Shown here one piece after another: positions 1 through 12,800 of a stretch of 64,000 nt of DNA. How positions within the stretch are numbered: the stretch's first letter is position 1; every line of letters starts with the position of its first letter. The stretch spans positions 74,836,001-74,900,000 of the forward strand of contig OZ076409.1 of NCBI GenBank assembly GCA_964187785.1, read 5' to 3'. The translations under genes were made by a program, and so were the position numbers. This DNA is from Amphiscolops sp. MND2022. Taxonomy: Eukaryota. Under the pieces are notes generated by a model. That model saw only the letters and a program-made list of their open reading frames with translations. It searched no databases and was not told where the DNA came from.

Positions 1-1023
1 GTATCTTTGTTCAACCGTACACGTCTAGGTGCCCGGATTTCTATTCATTAAAGTATGTTGCGCGTGTGGGTAGGGCCCCTGGCGCGCTCTTGTGTCCCTG
101 TTCTCATAACTGCAATTTCCGGCAGCATTCTGAGCGATTTTCTAAACTATCCATACGATTCGGCTGAAATTTGGCATGTGAGTTCCTATGACAGTTCTAA
201 GAAACATTTCCTACTGGCGTTTTGCCCGGAAAATTTTTTTTGTTGACTTATAACGGTTTTTTTGGCCAAAAAATGCGATTTTTTCAAAAAAAATTTTTTT
301 CGGAGCCCATATCTTTTTTCAGGGTGCCCGGAGCGGGACGCGTTAAACTGATTATAAACTCTACGGTTCATGGGCTTTACGGAGAACCTAGGCTCGTTTC
401 GATCGGACAAATAGTCTTGGAGATATAACGGCATTTTTTGAGAATTTTTTGGAAATTTTTCTAACGGTCCAGCTTATCTTTGCCATTTTTTCGAAAATGT
501 ACTCGCCTAAAGGCCTCCCCTGGCCGGTTTTAATCCCAGCAAAACCATTTGGCCCTAAATACGGAGTTTCAGCGTTCCAGCATTCCCGGGCGAAAAGTTG
601 TGGGACTTAGAAAAATTTCAAAATTTTTCAAAAATTTTTTTTCCGTTTTCCGCCCTCCCCCCCGAGGGGAAAAGACCCCCCAACCAGTAATTTGAGTGAA
701 TTCATGTGGAAAGGCCATGTTTAGAGAAGAAAAATGCCGTTTAGATCGTCTTTTTATTTTAACCTGTCGTTGACTTATGTTGTTTTGAAGGTGATGTTTG
801 GATGTGTGAAGCATGTGAAAAGGTAATTTATTGTGTCTTTAGCTCTTCTAAAAGTCATTGAGATACACGGTGTGTGACTCAGAAAGTGTTTAATTCTAAT
901 TTAGCAATGCATCAACACTTTTTTGTGTCTTTTGACTCTGTTTTAAAAAATTTTTCCGACTAAAATCAAAAATTATTTATAATTATTCACATTTTTTTTC
1001 TGATCTCATGACTCGAAACAGTT

Positions 1024-1067
1024 GAGTACATTCCATCTCCCTTCACGGGGGAGATGAGAATGTACTC
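1024..1067 (+). other. Long hairpin type H1 (GAGTACATTC CATCTCCC-loop-GGGAGATG A GAATGTACTC), example copy
   Basis: Inverted repeat with variable loop, about 260-280 nt before the end of the ~1.27-kb units (e.g. also 3589-3631); also present in the 2185-bp and 4763-bp units. Confidence 0.88.
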
Positions 1068-1257
1068 TTTAGAGACCAGGTACTACAGTACTTACCTTCC
1101 CCGAGCAACGCCCCATAAAAATTGCGTTTTGATCCAGATATTTTGACATAATTTTATCTTTGTAATTTGACTGGAAATGAAGAAAATGCCGCACGTGCTC
1201 TTTTATATCAAGTATCTTAACAACGCCATCTCTTTTACGTCAACGCCCCATAGTTCA

Positions 1258-1310
1258 CATCAACGCCCACCGTCCGTGGGCATGCCGAGGCATGCCCTTC
1301 GACGACGTAT
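1258..1310 (+). other. Conserved subterminal motif, first of 26 copies: CATCAACGCCCACCGTCYGTGGGCATGCCGAGGCATGCCCTTCGACGACGTAT (9-bp hairpin at 1278-1297)
   Basis: Found about 20-40 nt upstream of 26 of the 31 CTRR junctions and almost invariant across otherwise divergent units. Confidence 0.92.
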
Positions 1311-3892
1311 ACCAAGATATACTCCCGAGCGCGGTAGCCGCTAGGTGGTCGGTATTCTTTACTACCTCATGCTTTGAGGGCGGGGTAGGGCCCCCTGCCC
1401 GATCCTAATCCTTAGGATTTTAAACATAAGGCCAATAATACGGATTTTGGCGATTTCGAAAACTAACCTTACGATTTGGCTGAAATTTTGCATGCGGCTC
1501 CCTATGACAAATATAAGAACAAATCCCTAGTGGCATTTTGCTGGGAAAATTCAGTTTTTGGGTCAAAATCACTATTTTATGTCCAAAAAAAGGCGTTTTT
1601 TCGGAAAATTTTTTTTCAAGAGCCCATATCTCGCTCCCAGGTGCTCGGAGCGGGTCGCATGTGGACGTCGATATTGCTAGGCACTTCGTAAGGAGTCCGT
1701 AGACAAATTTTCGTACAGATCGGATGAAAATTGACTTAGTAATAAAAAACTTTGATTTGCATTTTTTCGAAAATTTATATAATCCCAGTGTATCTCTGCC
1801 GTTTTTTGCCCAGATTTTTTTCCAGGACCTCTCCTAAAGGCCTCCCCTGGCCGGTTTACCTCGCAGAAAAACCATTTGGCCCGTTTGCCGCAGTTTCAGC
1901 GTTCCAGGATTCCCCGGGTAAAAGTAAAATGACTTAGAATTTTTTCGAAAAATTTTCAAATTTTTTTTTTTCAACTTCAGACCTCCCAAAGTCAAGAAAC
2001 GTCCACACAACTAGTATTGCAAGTGAATGCATGTGGAAAGTGCTCGAATAGACGAGAAAAATGAGCTATTATAAACCTCTGTAGCTCAACCTGACGTTGA
2101 CTTATGACAATTTTAGTGTGAGCTTGCTATATGGTAAAAAAATTCAAAAATTGAAAATCGAAGCTAAGTCTCATCCAAAACTCATCGGAATACGTTCAAT
2201 CTATCCCAAAGTGGTTTATTTCCAGTTGTCTAGTGCAGCACCACCATTCAAAGCATTCAAAGTCCTTTTTGACTAATTTATATAAGTTTTGACATCGTCT
2301 TATCCATTCGAAAGTTGAAGCAGTTAAGTACATTCCATCTCCCCTCCGTGGGAGATGGTAATGTACGCGCAAAAAGCCAAGTACTATTGCCCTTTTTCTA
2401 CATGGAGTGGACCTAGAAATGCATTAGCGTGAGCTCCACGCTGCTTGCAGTAGCCCTTACAGGTGTTGTAACTTTGTTACAAAACTAACTATGTTACTAA
2501 TCATAAAAAAAATGTTACAATCGAAAAATTATTTTCATTAATTATATTTACACGTTTTGTTGTCAATCACAATAACTACAGCTACCGCCCTGGCCTGATT
2601 GTTCAACCGTGCACGTCTAGGTGCCGGTGTTTTCTTCACTTTTGAGGAAGTTGCGCGTGTGGGTAGGGCCCCTGGCGCGCTCCGTTGTCTCCCTGTTTAT
2701 ATCTTCGTAATTTTGAACAATTTTTTGGGATCTCGAAAACTGGCCACACGATTTGGCTGAAATTTTGCATGCGGCTTCCTATAACACTTCTAAGAACTAA
2801 TCCCTAGTGGCGTTTTGCTGGGAAAATTTTTTTTGTTGACTTATTCACATTTTTAGGGTCAAAAAAAGGCGTTTTTTTGAAAAAATTTTTTTCCAGAGAC
2901 AATTACTCAAAACTGGTGCACCCAGCGCAGTAACGCCTAGCTGATTTATTGTTGGGCATTTCATGAGGAGTCCGTATACAAATTTTTGTCCAAATCGGAT
3001 TAAAATTGATTGAGAAATAACTGAAAATTTGAGGAGTTTTTTTGGAAATTTTCGAAAACACAGTCTATCTCTGCCGTTTTTTGCCTAAAATTTTTTTGAG
3101 ACACTCTCCTAAAGACCTCCCCTGGCCGGTTTACCTCCCAGCAGAACCATTTGGCCCTAAATACGGAGTTTCAGCGTTCTAGCATTCCTGGGCGAAAAGT
3201 TGTGGGACTTAGAAAAATTTTTTGGAAACGCAAAATGTGTAAAGTCAACTTCAGGCCTCTCAAAGTCAAGGAACTTCCACACAACTAGTATTGCAAGTGA
3301 ATGCATGTGGAAAGTACTCGAATAGACGAGGAAAATGAGCTATAGAACGTCTCTGTATCTTAACTTGACGTTGACTTATGATAATTTTAGTGTGAGCTTG
3401 CTATGTGACAAAAAAATTCAAAATTGAAAATCGAAGCTAAGTCTCATCCAAAACTCATCGGAACACGTTCAGTCCGTCTCAGAGCGGTTCATTTCCATCT
3501 GTCTAGTACAGCAACACCATTCAAGGTCATTTGATTCATTTTTAAAGGATTTGAAATGGTCTTATTCATCCGAGAGCACAAAACAGTTGAGTACATTCCA
3601 TCTCCCTTTCTGGGGAGATGAGAATGTACTCGCTAAAGTCCAGATACCACAGCCCGATTTTGTTTCTCTGCGACGCAAATTTTTGATAGTGCACGTAACT
3701 ACTGGTCTTTTGACTGAATTTTGTATTTACATTGACGTGACATATGGTCCGTTTGGTCCTTACAACAACATACACATGACTAACGTCAACGCCACATACT
3801 GTTACCAACGCCCACCGTCCGTGGGCATGCCGAGGCATGCCCTTCGACGACGTATGCCAAATACCCCCTCCCGACGCGCACTCTTTCGCTAG

Positions 3893-6800
3893 GTGCGGGG
3901 GGGAAACCCCAACAAAATTTTTGGAGGATTCGGGTAGGGTCCTGAATCCGAGTTCAGTGCTGCCAGCTTTCGTTAAGAAAATTTGGATAGGATTCGGGAT
4001 CTCGTGATCTAACCATAGGATTTTAAAGTTGGAGCGGCCCCCACCAGATTTTCCGAAAATTAGCGCCCCCCACCGGGTTCCATACCCCGGAAAATTTTTT
4101 TCTGGCCACACGGGCGACCGTTAGGGGGTCATTTTAGGGGTAAAATTCATATTGGGCCACATAACTTTTTTTCTGTTGATTTAAAACTTTGGGACCCTGC
4201 TAAAAGTTTCTTGACCGTGTTGCAGGGGCCCCGGAGGTCCAAACCAAATTTTTCTATCTTGAAGCTATCTCCAAGTACCCCCCCGCCCAAAACGTTATTT
4301 TTCCGGAAACGCAGGTTTTTGACCCGGAAGGAGTCGTCGGAGCGCGGGGTCGTTAGGTGATGTATTGGGGACGGCCTTGAGACGAAGTGGGGGACATGTA
4401 GTTTGCCAACCCCAGTTTACCCCCCGGACGGGAAATGACCGTTATATGAGCGGGAAAATTGCCCCCCTCCACGTTTTACCGCTATTTCCGGTGTGAAGGA
4501 GTGGGAGTAGCGCGTCGGGTGCCATATATCAAAAGTAGGTTTAAACAAGGACCTATCGGAAACATGTGGTTTGGGACCCCCTGGACCAACCCGTTAGCGG
4601 GAAATGGGGCTTCCGGCTCCTTTTTTTACGGTTAAAAATGGAAAATGGGCATTGAGGGGTAAATATCTCGTGAACGCGTGGAGCTACGGTGTCCTTCACT
4701 ACTACAAGGTTTCATACCCATGATATGGTGCCTTCAGGGGGGCAAACAGATTTCCGCTATCTATCACCGTTACGGACTTGGCCCCCCAGGCTAACCGTTA
4801 AGTGACCGGAAATGTCATATTTTGAGCCCAAAGGGTCGGTCTCAGCCAGGGAACGTTAGGTAACTTATTGTAGTACTCATTGAGACGAGTTGGGGGACAT
4901 AGTTTCAGTCACCCCCCGTTACCCCTTAGGACCGGAAATGACCGTTATGTGAGTAAAATTGCCATTTTTGTCCTATTTGAAGGCCATTTAGATGCGGAAG
5001 GAGTGGTAATAGGTGCTTGGACACTATATGAAGTAAGGGAGGACGTGAGGCGAGCATTCGGACATAACCGTTATTTTGACCCTAAAGTCCCCCTGGTACC
5101 GTAAACGACCGGAAATGGTCAAATTTTGTATTTTTAGGGTACAAATGTTTGGTATTTTATGGAATAAAGTACATGGAAGGTGTTTCAAAGGCATCCAGAA
5201 ATGAACATAGTCATGAAACCTTGAGGGGGGTAACGGTATATAACACCGGAAGTCCAAGCCGTTGGACACAGTATAGGTTTTTGGGTTTTAAAATGCTTAT
5301 GAACGTACATTTGTGGGTTGAATTGTTCTAATATTGACTATTTTCGATATTTGTTGACATTAAAGGTTTTTCCAATAGTTTCAGGGACCTCCAAAGCTTC
5401 AATCAACATAACCTTTACATTATGATAGCCTTTCAAGTTGGCCTGGTGTCAACTTGGAAGGGCTATCCTTCACAAATCGTATATCAAGTGTGTTTTTGAG
5501 TAGGTTTTTATCACTTTAGTATCAATTAGAGCTTAATCATTAGTTTGCCAACGACAAAAACCATGTCGTGATGATTCCGTTAGTAGAAGAATAGTTAACA
5601 ACTTGTTGACAAAGTTGATTTTTTGCATTTAAAATGTTTCCTAAATGCCAGGAAAACGATTTACGTTATAAATGGTACTGATTGACCCAAATAACAGTTT
5701 AAAAAAGTTAAACATTATTTTTTCGTTTCATTATAGAAGCTGAAACCTCACGTTTTAACTTAATTAACGTCAACGCCACATACTTTACATCAACGCCCAC
5801 CGTCTGTGGGCATGCCGAGGCATGCCCTTCGACGACGTATACCAAAATCCAATATATCTACACCCAATTGCGGTAGCGGCTAGGTGCGGGGGGGTAACCC
5901 CAACAAAATTTTTGGAGGATTCGGGTAGGGTCCTGAATCCGAGTTCAGTGCTGCCAGCTTTCGTTAAGAAAATTTGGATAGGATTCGGGATCTCGTGATC
6001 TAACCATAGGATTTTAAAGTTGGAGCGGCCCCCACCAGATTTTCCGAAAATTAGCGCCCCCCACCGGGTTCCATACCCCGGAAAATTTTTTTCTGGCCAC
6101 ACGGGCGACCGTTAGGGGGTCATTTTAGGGGTAAAATTCATATTGGGCCACATAACTTTTTTTCTGTTGATTTAAAACTTTGGGACCCTGCTAAAAGTTT
6201 CTTGACCGTGTTGCAGGGGCCCCGGAGGTCCAAACCAAATTTTTCTATCTTGAAGCTATCTCCAAGTACCCCCCCGCCCAAAACGTTATTTTTCCGGAAA
6301 CGCAGGTTTTTGACCCGGAAGGAGTCGTCTGAGCGCGGGGTCGTTAGGTGATGTATTGGGGACGGCCTTGAGACGAAGCGGGGGACATGTTGTTTGCCGA
6401 CCCCAGTTTACCCCCCGGACGGGAAATGACCGTTATATGAGCGGGAAAATTGCCCCCCTCCACGTTTTACCGCTATTTCCGGTGTGAAGGAGTGGGAGTA
6501 GCGCGTCGGGTGCCATATATCAAAAGTAGGTTTAAACAAGGAACTATCGGAAACATGTGGTTTGGGACCCCCTGGACCAACCCGTTAGCGGGAAATGGGA
6601 CTTCCGCCTCCTTTTTTTACGGTTAAAAACGGAAAATGGGCATTGAGGGGTAAATATCTCGTGAACGCGTGGAGCTACGGTGTCCTTCACTACTACAAGG
6701 TTTCATACCCATGATATGGTGCCTTCAGGGGGGCAAACAGATTTCCGCTATCTATCACCGTTACGGACTTGGCCCCCCAGCCTAACCGTTAAGTGACCGG

Positions 6801-9800
6801 AAATGTCATATTTTGAACCCAAAGGCTCGATCCTAGCCGGGCAACGTTAGGTAACAAATTGTAGTACTCATTGAGACGAGTTGGGGGATCTAGTTTCAGT
6901 CACCCCCCGTTACCCCTTGAGACCGGAAATGACCGTTATGTGAGTAGAATTGCAATTTTTATACCTTTTGAAGGGCATTTAGGTGCGGAAGGAATGGTAA
7001 TAGGTGCTTGGACACTATATGAGGTAAGGGAGGACGTGAGGCGAGCATTCAGACATAACCGTTATGTTGACCCTAAAGTCCCCTTGGTACCGTAAACGAC
7101 CGGAAATGGTCAAATTTTGTGTCTATTGGGTACAAATGTTTGGTATTTTGTTAACGGTATATAGCACCGGAAGTCCAAACCGTTAGTTACAGAATAGGTT
7201 TTTTGGTTTCAAAATGTCTTTAGGCGTAGTTTTGTGGGTTGAATCGTCATAATATCAACTAATACGGACTTTTTTCGGAAATAAAATTTTTTCACATTAG
7301 TTTCAGGGACCTCCAATGTTTCAGTCAACATAACCGTTACATTTTGATAGCCTTTCAAGTTGGCCTGGTGTCAACTTGGAAGGGCTATCCTTCTAAAATC
7401 GTTAATCAAGAGTGTTTTTGGGTAGGTATATGTTGCATTAGTACCAATTAGAGCTTCATCAACAGTTTGCCAACGGCAAAAACGATGTCGTGATAATTCC
7501 GTTATAAGAATATTAATTAACAAATTGTTTCCAAAGTTGATTTTTTCCATTCGAAATGTGTCCCAATGCCACCAAATTGAATAAAATAATAAATGGTATT
7601 GACTAAAACTAAATAACATTGAAAAAGAAGCTCAACATTTTTAATAGGTCTCATTATGGAAGCTGAAACCTCACGTTTTAACTTAATTAACGTCAACGCC
7701 ACATACTTTACATCAACGCCCACCGTCTGTGGGCATGCCGAGGCATGCCCTTCGACGACGTATACCAATTACATATATATCTACACCCACCCGCGGTAGC
7801 AGCTAGGTGCGGGGGGGAAACCCCAACAAAATTTTTGGAGGATTCGGGTAGGGTCCTGAATCCGAGTTCAGTGCTGCCAGCTTTCGTTAAGAAAATTTGG
7901 ATAGGATTCGGGATCTCGTGATCTAACCATAGGCTTTTAAAGTTGGAGCGGCCCCCACCAGATTTTCCGAAAATTAGCGCCCCCCACCGGGTTCCATACC
8001 CCGGGAAATTTTTTTCTGGCCACACGGGCGACCGTTAGGGGGTCATTTTAGGGGTAAAATTCATATTGGGCCACATAACTTTTTTTCTGTTGATTTAAAA
8101 CTTTGGGACCCTGCTAAAAGTTTCTTGACCGTGTTGCAGGGGCCCCGGAGGTCCAAACAAAATTTTTCTATCTTGAAGCTATCTCCAAGTACCCCCCCGC
8201 CCAAAACGTTATTTTTCCGGAAACGCAGGTTTTTGACCCGGAAGGAGTCGTCGGAGCGCGGGGTCGTTAGGTGATGTATTGGGGACGGCCTTGAGACGAA
8301 GTGGGGGACATGCAGTTTGCCAACCCCAGTTTACCCCCCGGACGGGAAGTGACCGTTATATGAGCGGGAAAAATGCCCCCCTCCACGTTTTACCGCTATT
8401 TCCGGTGTGAAGGAGTGGGAGTAGCGCGTCGGGTGCCATATATCAAAAGTAGGTTTAGACAAGCATCTATCGGAAACATGTGGTTTGGGACCCCCTGGAC
8501 CAACCCGTTAGCGGGAAATGGGGCTTCCGCCTCCTCTTTTTACGGTTAAAAACGGAAAATGGGCATTGAGGGGTAAATATCTCGTGAACGCGTGGAGCTA
8601 CGGTGTCCTTCACTACTACAAGGTTTCATACCCATGATATGGTGCCTTCAGGGGGGCAAACAGATTTCCGCTATCTATCACCGTTACGGACTTGGCCCCC
8701 CAGCCTAACCGTTAAGTGACCGGAAATGTCATATTTTGAGCCCAAAGGGTCGGTCTCAGCCAGGGAACGTTAGGTAACTTATTGTAGTACTCATTGAGAC
8801 GAGTTGGGGGACATAGTTTCAGTCACCCCCCGTTACCCCTTAGGACCGGAAATGACCGTTATGTGAGTAAAATTGCCATTTTTGTCCTATTTGAAGGGCA
8901 TTCAGATGCGGAAGGAGTGGTAATAGGTGCTTGGACACTATATTAGGTAAGGGAGGACGTAAGGCAAGCATTCGCACATAACCGTTATGTTCACCCTAAA
9001 GTCCCCCTGGTACCGTAAACAACCGGAAATGGTCAAATTTTGTGTCTATTGGGTACAAATGTTTGGTATTTTGTAAATAAAAGTATCTATTAGGTGTTTC
9101 GACGGTCTGCAGTAGTGAACACAGTCATGAAACCTTGTGGGGGGGTAACGGTATATAGCACCGGAAATCCGAACAGTTGGAGACAGGATAGGTTTTTTGG
9201 TTTTAAAATGTCTTTCGGCGTACTTTTGTCGACTATTATGGACTATTTTTAAAAAATAAAGTTTTTCCATATAGTTTCAGAGACTCCGAAACCTCAACCA
9301 ACATAACCGTTACCTTATGATAGCCTTTCAAGTTGGCCTGGTGTCAACTTGGAAGGGCTATCCTTCAAAAATCGTTATTCAAGTGTGTTTTTGGGCATGT
9401 TTGTATCATTTTAGAATCAATTAGAGCTTCAAGAAAAGTTTGCCAACGACAAAAACTATGTCGTGATGATTCCGTTATTAAAATGATGGTTAACAAAATG
9501 TTGATAAAGTTGATTTTTTACATTTCAAATGTGTCCTAAAAGCCAGAAAACCTCTTTGCCAAAAAAATGGTATTGATTGATTTGTATATAACAGGTAATA
9601 AAAGTTCAAATTGATTATTACGTTTCATTATTCAAGCTAAAACTTCATAACATAGTTTAATTAACGTCAACGCCACATACTTTACATCAACGCCCACCGT
9701 CTGTGGGCATGCCGAGGCATGCCCTTCGACGACGTATACCAAATACATACCCAAACGACGCCCGTACATCCCGGGCTAGGTGCCGGGATTTCTATTCGTT

Positions 9801-12800
9801 CAGGGAAGATGCGCGCTGTTGGGGAGGGTCCCGGGCGCGCTCAGGTGTTTTGGGTCTTTCAACTTTCCAGAACGGGTCTGCTGGGAACGATCTCGAAAAC
9901 TATCCATACGATTTGACTGAAATTTTGCATGTGGCTCCCAATGGACATTGTAAGAACAAATCCCTACTGGCGTTTTGCTGGGAAAAATCGAAATGTTGGT
10001 CAAAAATGCAATTTTCCGACAAAATTTTTGACTTTTTTTTCTTTGACAGTCTATATCTCGCCACAGGGTTACGCTAGCTACCCTAAACCCTGCTAATTAT
10101 AATTTGCAAACTGTCTCAGGAATGCGGTGTGAAATTTTCAGGTCGATCGGACTAAAACTCAGCGACTTAGAGCGTTTTTTTAGGTGCATTTTTTGACATT
10201 TTTTGCGTTTGCTGATTTATCTCTGCCGTTTTTTGCCAAAATTTTTTCTGAGACACTCTCCTAAAGACCTCCCCTGGCCGGTTTACTTCCCAGCAAAACC
10301 ATTTGGCCCTAAATACGAAGTTTCAGCGTTCTAGCATTCCCGGGCGAAAAGTTGTGGGACTTAGAAAAATTTTTTGAAAACGCAAAATGTGTAAAGTCAG
10401 CTTCAGGCCTCCCAAAGTCAAGGAACTTCCACACAACTAGTATTGCAAGTGAATGCATGTGGAAAGTACTCGAATAGACGAGGAAAATGGGCTATAGAAC
10501 GTCTCTGTATCTTAACTTGACGTTGACTTATGGTGTTTTGAGTGTGAGCTTGCTATATGGTAAAAAATTCAAAAGATGAAAATCGAAGTTTGTCTCATCC
10601 AAAACTCATCGGAATACGTTCAATGCATCCCGAAGCGAATCAATTCCAGGTGTCTAGTGCAGCAACACCAATCAAGACCATTTGACCCATTTTTATAAGT
10701 TTTGACACCGTATTATTCATCCGAGAGCACGAAACAGTTGAGTACATTCCATCTCCCTCTCAGGGGAGATGAGAATGTACTCGCTAAAGTCCAGGTACTA
10801 CAACCCATATTTGTTTTTTGCGACGCTCTCATGCTAGTGCGCATACTTATTAATCTTTTAACTGATTTTTTTTTGTCGGCACTTTGACTTTGACCTGACA
10901 TATAGTGAATATTTTGTCCTTTTAATATACACATGACTAACATCAACGCCCCATCCTTGCATCAACGCCCCCCGTCCGTGGGCATGCCGAGGCATGCCCT
11001 TCGACGACGTATACCAAGATATACTCCCGAGCGCGTTAGCCTAGGTGCGGGGGGGTAACCCCAACAAATATATTGGAGGATTCGGGTAGGGTCCTGAATC
11101 CGATTTTAACTCTAATAGCTATCGATAGGAAATCTTGCAAAAATTTCGGGATCTCGTGATCTAACCATAGGATTTTAAAGTTGGAGCGGCCCCCACCAGA
11201 TTTTCCGAAAATTAGCGCCCCCCACCGGGTTCCATACCCCGGAAAATTTTTTTCTGGCCACACGGGCGACCGTTAGGGGGTCATTTTAGGGGTAAAATTC
11301 ATATTGGGCCACATAACTTTTTTTCTGTTGATTTAAAACTTTGGAACCCTGCTAAAAGTTTCTTGACCGTGTTGCAGAGGCCCCGAAGGTCCAAACCAAA
11401 TTTTTCTATCTTGAAGCTATCTCCAAGTACCCCCCCGCTCAAACCGTTATTTTTCCGGAAACGCAGGTTTTTGACCAGGAAGGAGTCGTCTGAGCGCGGG
11501 GTCGTTAGGTGATGTATTGGGGACGGCCTTGAGACGAAGTGGGGGACAAGTAGTTTGCCAACCTCAATTTACCCCCCGGACGGGAAATGACCGTTATATG
11601 AGCGGGAAAATTGCCCCCCTCCACGTTTTACCGCTATTTCCGGTGTGAAGGAGTGGGAGTAGCGCGTCGGGTGTTATATAACAAAAGTAGGTTTAGACAA
11701 GGACCTATCGGAAACATGTAGTTTGTGACCCCCTGGACCAACCCGTTAGCGGGAAATGGGGCTTCCGCCTCCTTTTTTTAGTGCTAAAACCGTAAAATGG
11801 GCATTGAGGGGTAAATATCTCGTGAACGCGTGGAGCAATCGTGTCCATCACTACTACAAGGTTTCATACCCATGATATGGTGCCTTCAGGGGGGCAAACA
11901 GATTTCCGCTATCTATCACCGTTACCGACTTGGCCCCCCAGCTTAACCGCTATGTGACCGGAAATGTCACTTTTTGAGCCCAAAGGGTCGGTCCCAGCCG
12001 GGGAACGTTAGGTAACTTATTGTAGTACTCAATGAGACGAGTTGGGGGATATAGTTTCAGTCACCCCCCGTTACCCCTTGGGACCGGAAATGACCGTTAT
12101 GTGGGTAAAATTGCAATTTTTATACTTTTTTAAGTGTATTTAGGTGCGGAAGGAGTGGTAATAGGTGCTTGGACACTATATGAGGTAAGGGAGGACGTGA
12201 GGCGAGCATTCGGAAGTAACCGTTATGTTGACCCTAAAGTCCCCCTGGTACCGTAAACGACCGGAAATGGTCAAATTTTGTGTCTATTGGGTACAAATGT
12301 TTTGTATTTTGTAGATAAAAGTATCTATTAGGTGTTTCGACGGTCTACAGTAGTGAACATAGTCATGAAACCTTGTGGGGGGTAACGGTATATAGCACCG
12401 GAAGTCAAACCGTTGGAGACAGGATAGGTTTTTTGGTTTTAAAATGTCTTTCGGCGTAATTTTTTCGACTCTTGTGGACTATTTTTAAAAATTAAAGTTT
12501 TTCCATATAGTTTCAGAGACTCCGAAACCTCAACCAACATAACCGTTACCTTATGATAGCCTTTCAAGTTGGCCTGGTGTCAACTTGGAAGCGCTATCCT
12601 TCTGAAATCGTTAATCAAGAGTGTTTTTGGGTAGGTATATATTGCATTAGTACCAATTAGAGCTTCATCAACAGTGTATCAACGACAAAAACTATGCCGT
12701 CATGATTCCGTTATTAGAATCATAGTGAGCAAATTGTTGAAAAAAATGGTTTTTTCCATACAAAATGTGTCCTAAATGCCAGGAAACCAATTTACCTAAC

